64,000 bases of DNA, taken from Cirrosporium novae-zelandiae. Its lineage: Eukaryota. A model generated the notes under the pieces. It did no database searches. It had not been told where the DNA came from and saw only the letters and a program-made list of their open reading frames with translations. Below are positions 63,455 through 64,000 of the stretch, in pieces. The translations under genes and the position numbers were made by a program. The stretch covers positions 62,001-126,000 of the forward strand of contig JAPETS010000058.1 in the NCBI GenBank assembly GCA_026023565.1. The letters are read 5' to 3'. The stretch's first letter is position 1. Each line of letters opens with the position of its first letter.

Positions 63455-64000
63455 TGTGATATATATATAGATGTATTTCAATTGATATAATTGAACATGA
63501 AAGAGGGGAGAAGTAAATGATATAGAGGGAGAATGAATTAATGTAACTTACTGTTTAGAAGGAGATAAACGGAAGAGGTAGGCTGAGAGTGTGGGGAAGA
63601 AGTATAAAGTACAGGGAAGTAGGAGCTCCAAGCTGCGGAGGGTTATTTGGAACAACCGTTGGTTATCCGATGATGATGGAATTGGAATTCAACCGAGGCA
63701 TCACAATCCCCTTGGTGTGTTTGTTTATACTGCAAACATACATCCCTTTTCTATCAAATTTATCAAGGCCTTCAAGATTGGTGGTTTATATTTCTTATTT
63801 CATTGGCCACCAAATGAGACAATTTACTGGCCTGCTCTTCAGTACCCAAGGCGCTTAAAGCTTGCCATGAGGCTTTGACAACTTCACTAGGCAGCGCAAT
63901 CGTGTCAACGCCGCATACTCGCATATGCAGCCCCCTGCTTTCTCTCCCCCCTCATTTCAGCCTTTCGATCTATATCTCCAGACTTCTATTTATTTTTTAT

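Overview
Eukaryotic, intron-containing DNA from a filamentous ascomycete (Pezizomycotina-type genes, short GT-AG introns with CTRAY branch sites). About 18 recognisable protein-coding genes: ETF beta, copper amine oxidase, CAF1/POP2, complex I B12, NIPA-type transporter, SEC72, mitochondrial uL5, VPS18, MARVEL-like membrane protein, MysC-like ATP-grasp protein, catechol O-methyltransferase, Gfo/Idh/MocA oxidoreductase, LSG1, STE11, beta-lactamase-family esterase, WDR70, BTB protein and acyl-CoA dehydrogenase. There is also one orphan coiled-coil gene. Between them lie several decayed gene relics and four microsatellite-dense intergenic tracts. I built the exon/intron models by hand from splice signals and frame continuity; family calls come from recalled motifs, not database searches. 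Main observations: (1) a partial mycosporine-type locus with ATP-grasp and O-methyltransferase but no DDG synthase, whose ligase has lost its E-x-N-P-R catalytic motif yet keeps an intact ORF; (2) a CAF1 whose DEDDh catalytic residues look degenerate; (3) a sharp C-rich to G-rich switch inside SEC72; (4) a recurring intergenic palindrome TACCTAGGTA. No tRNA, rRNA, CRISPR array or intact transposon was recognised.
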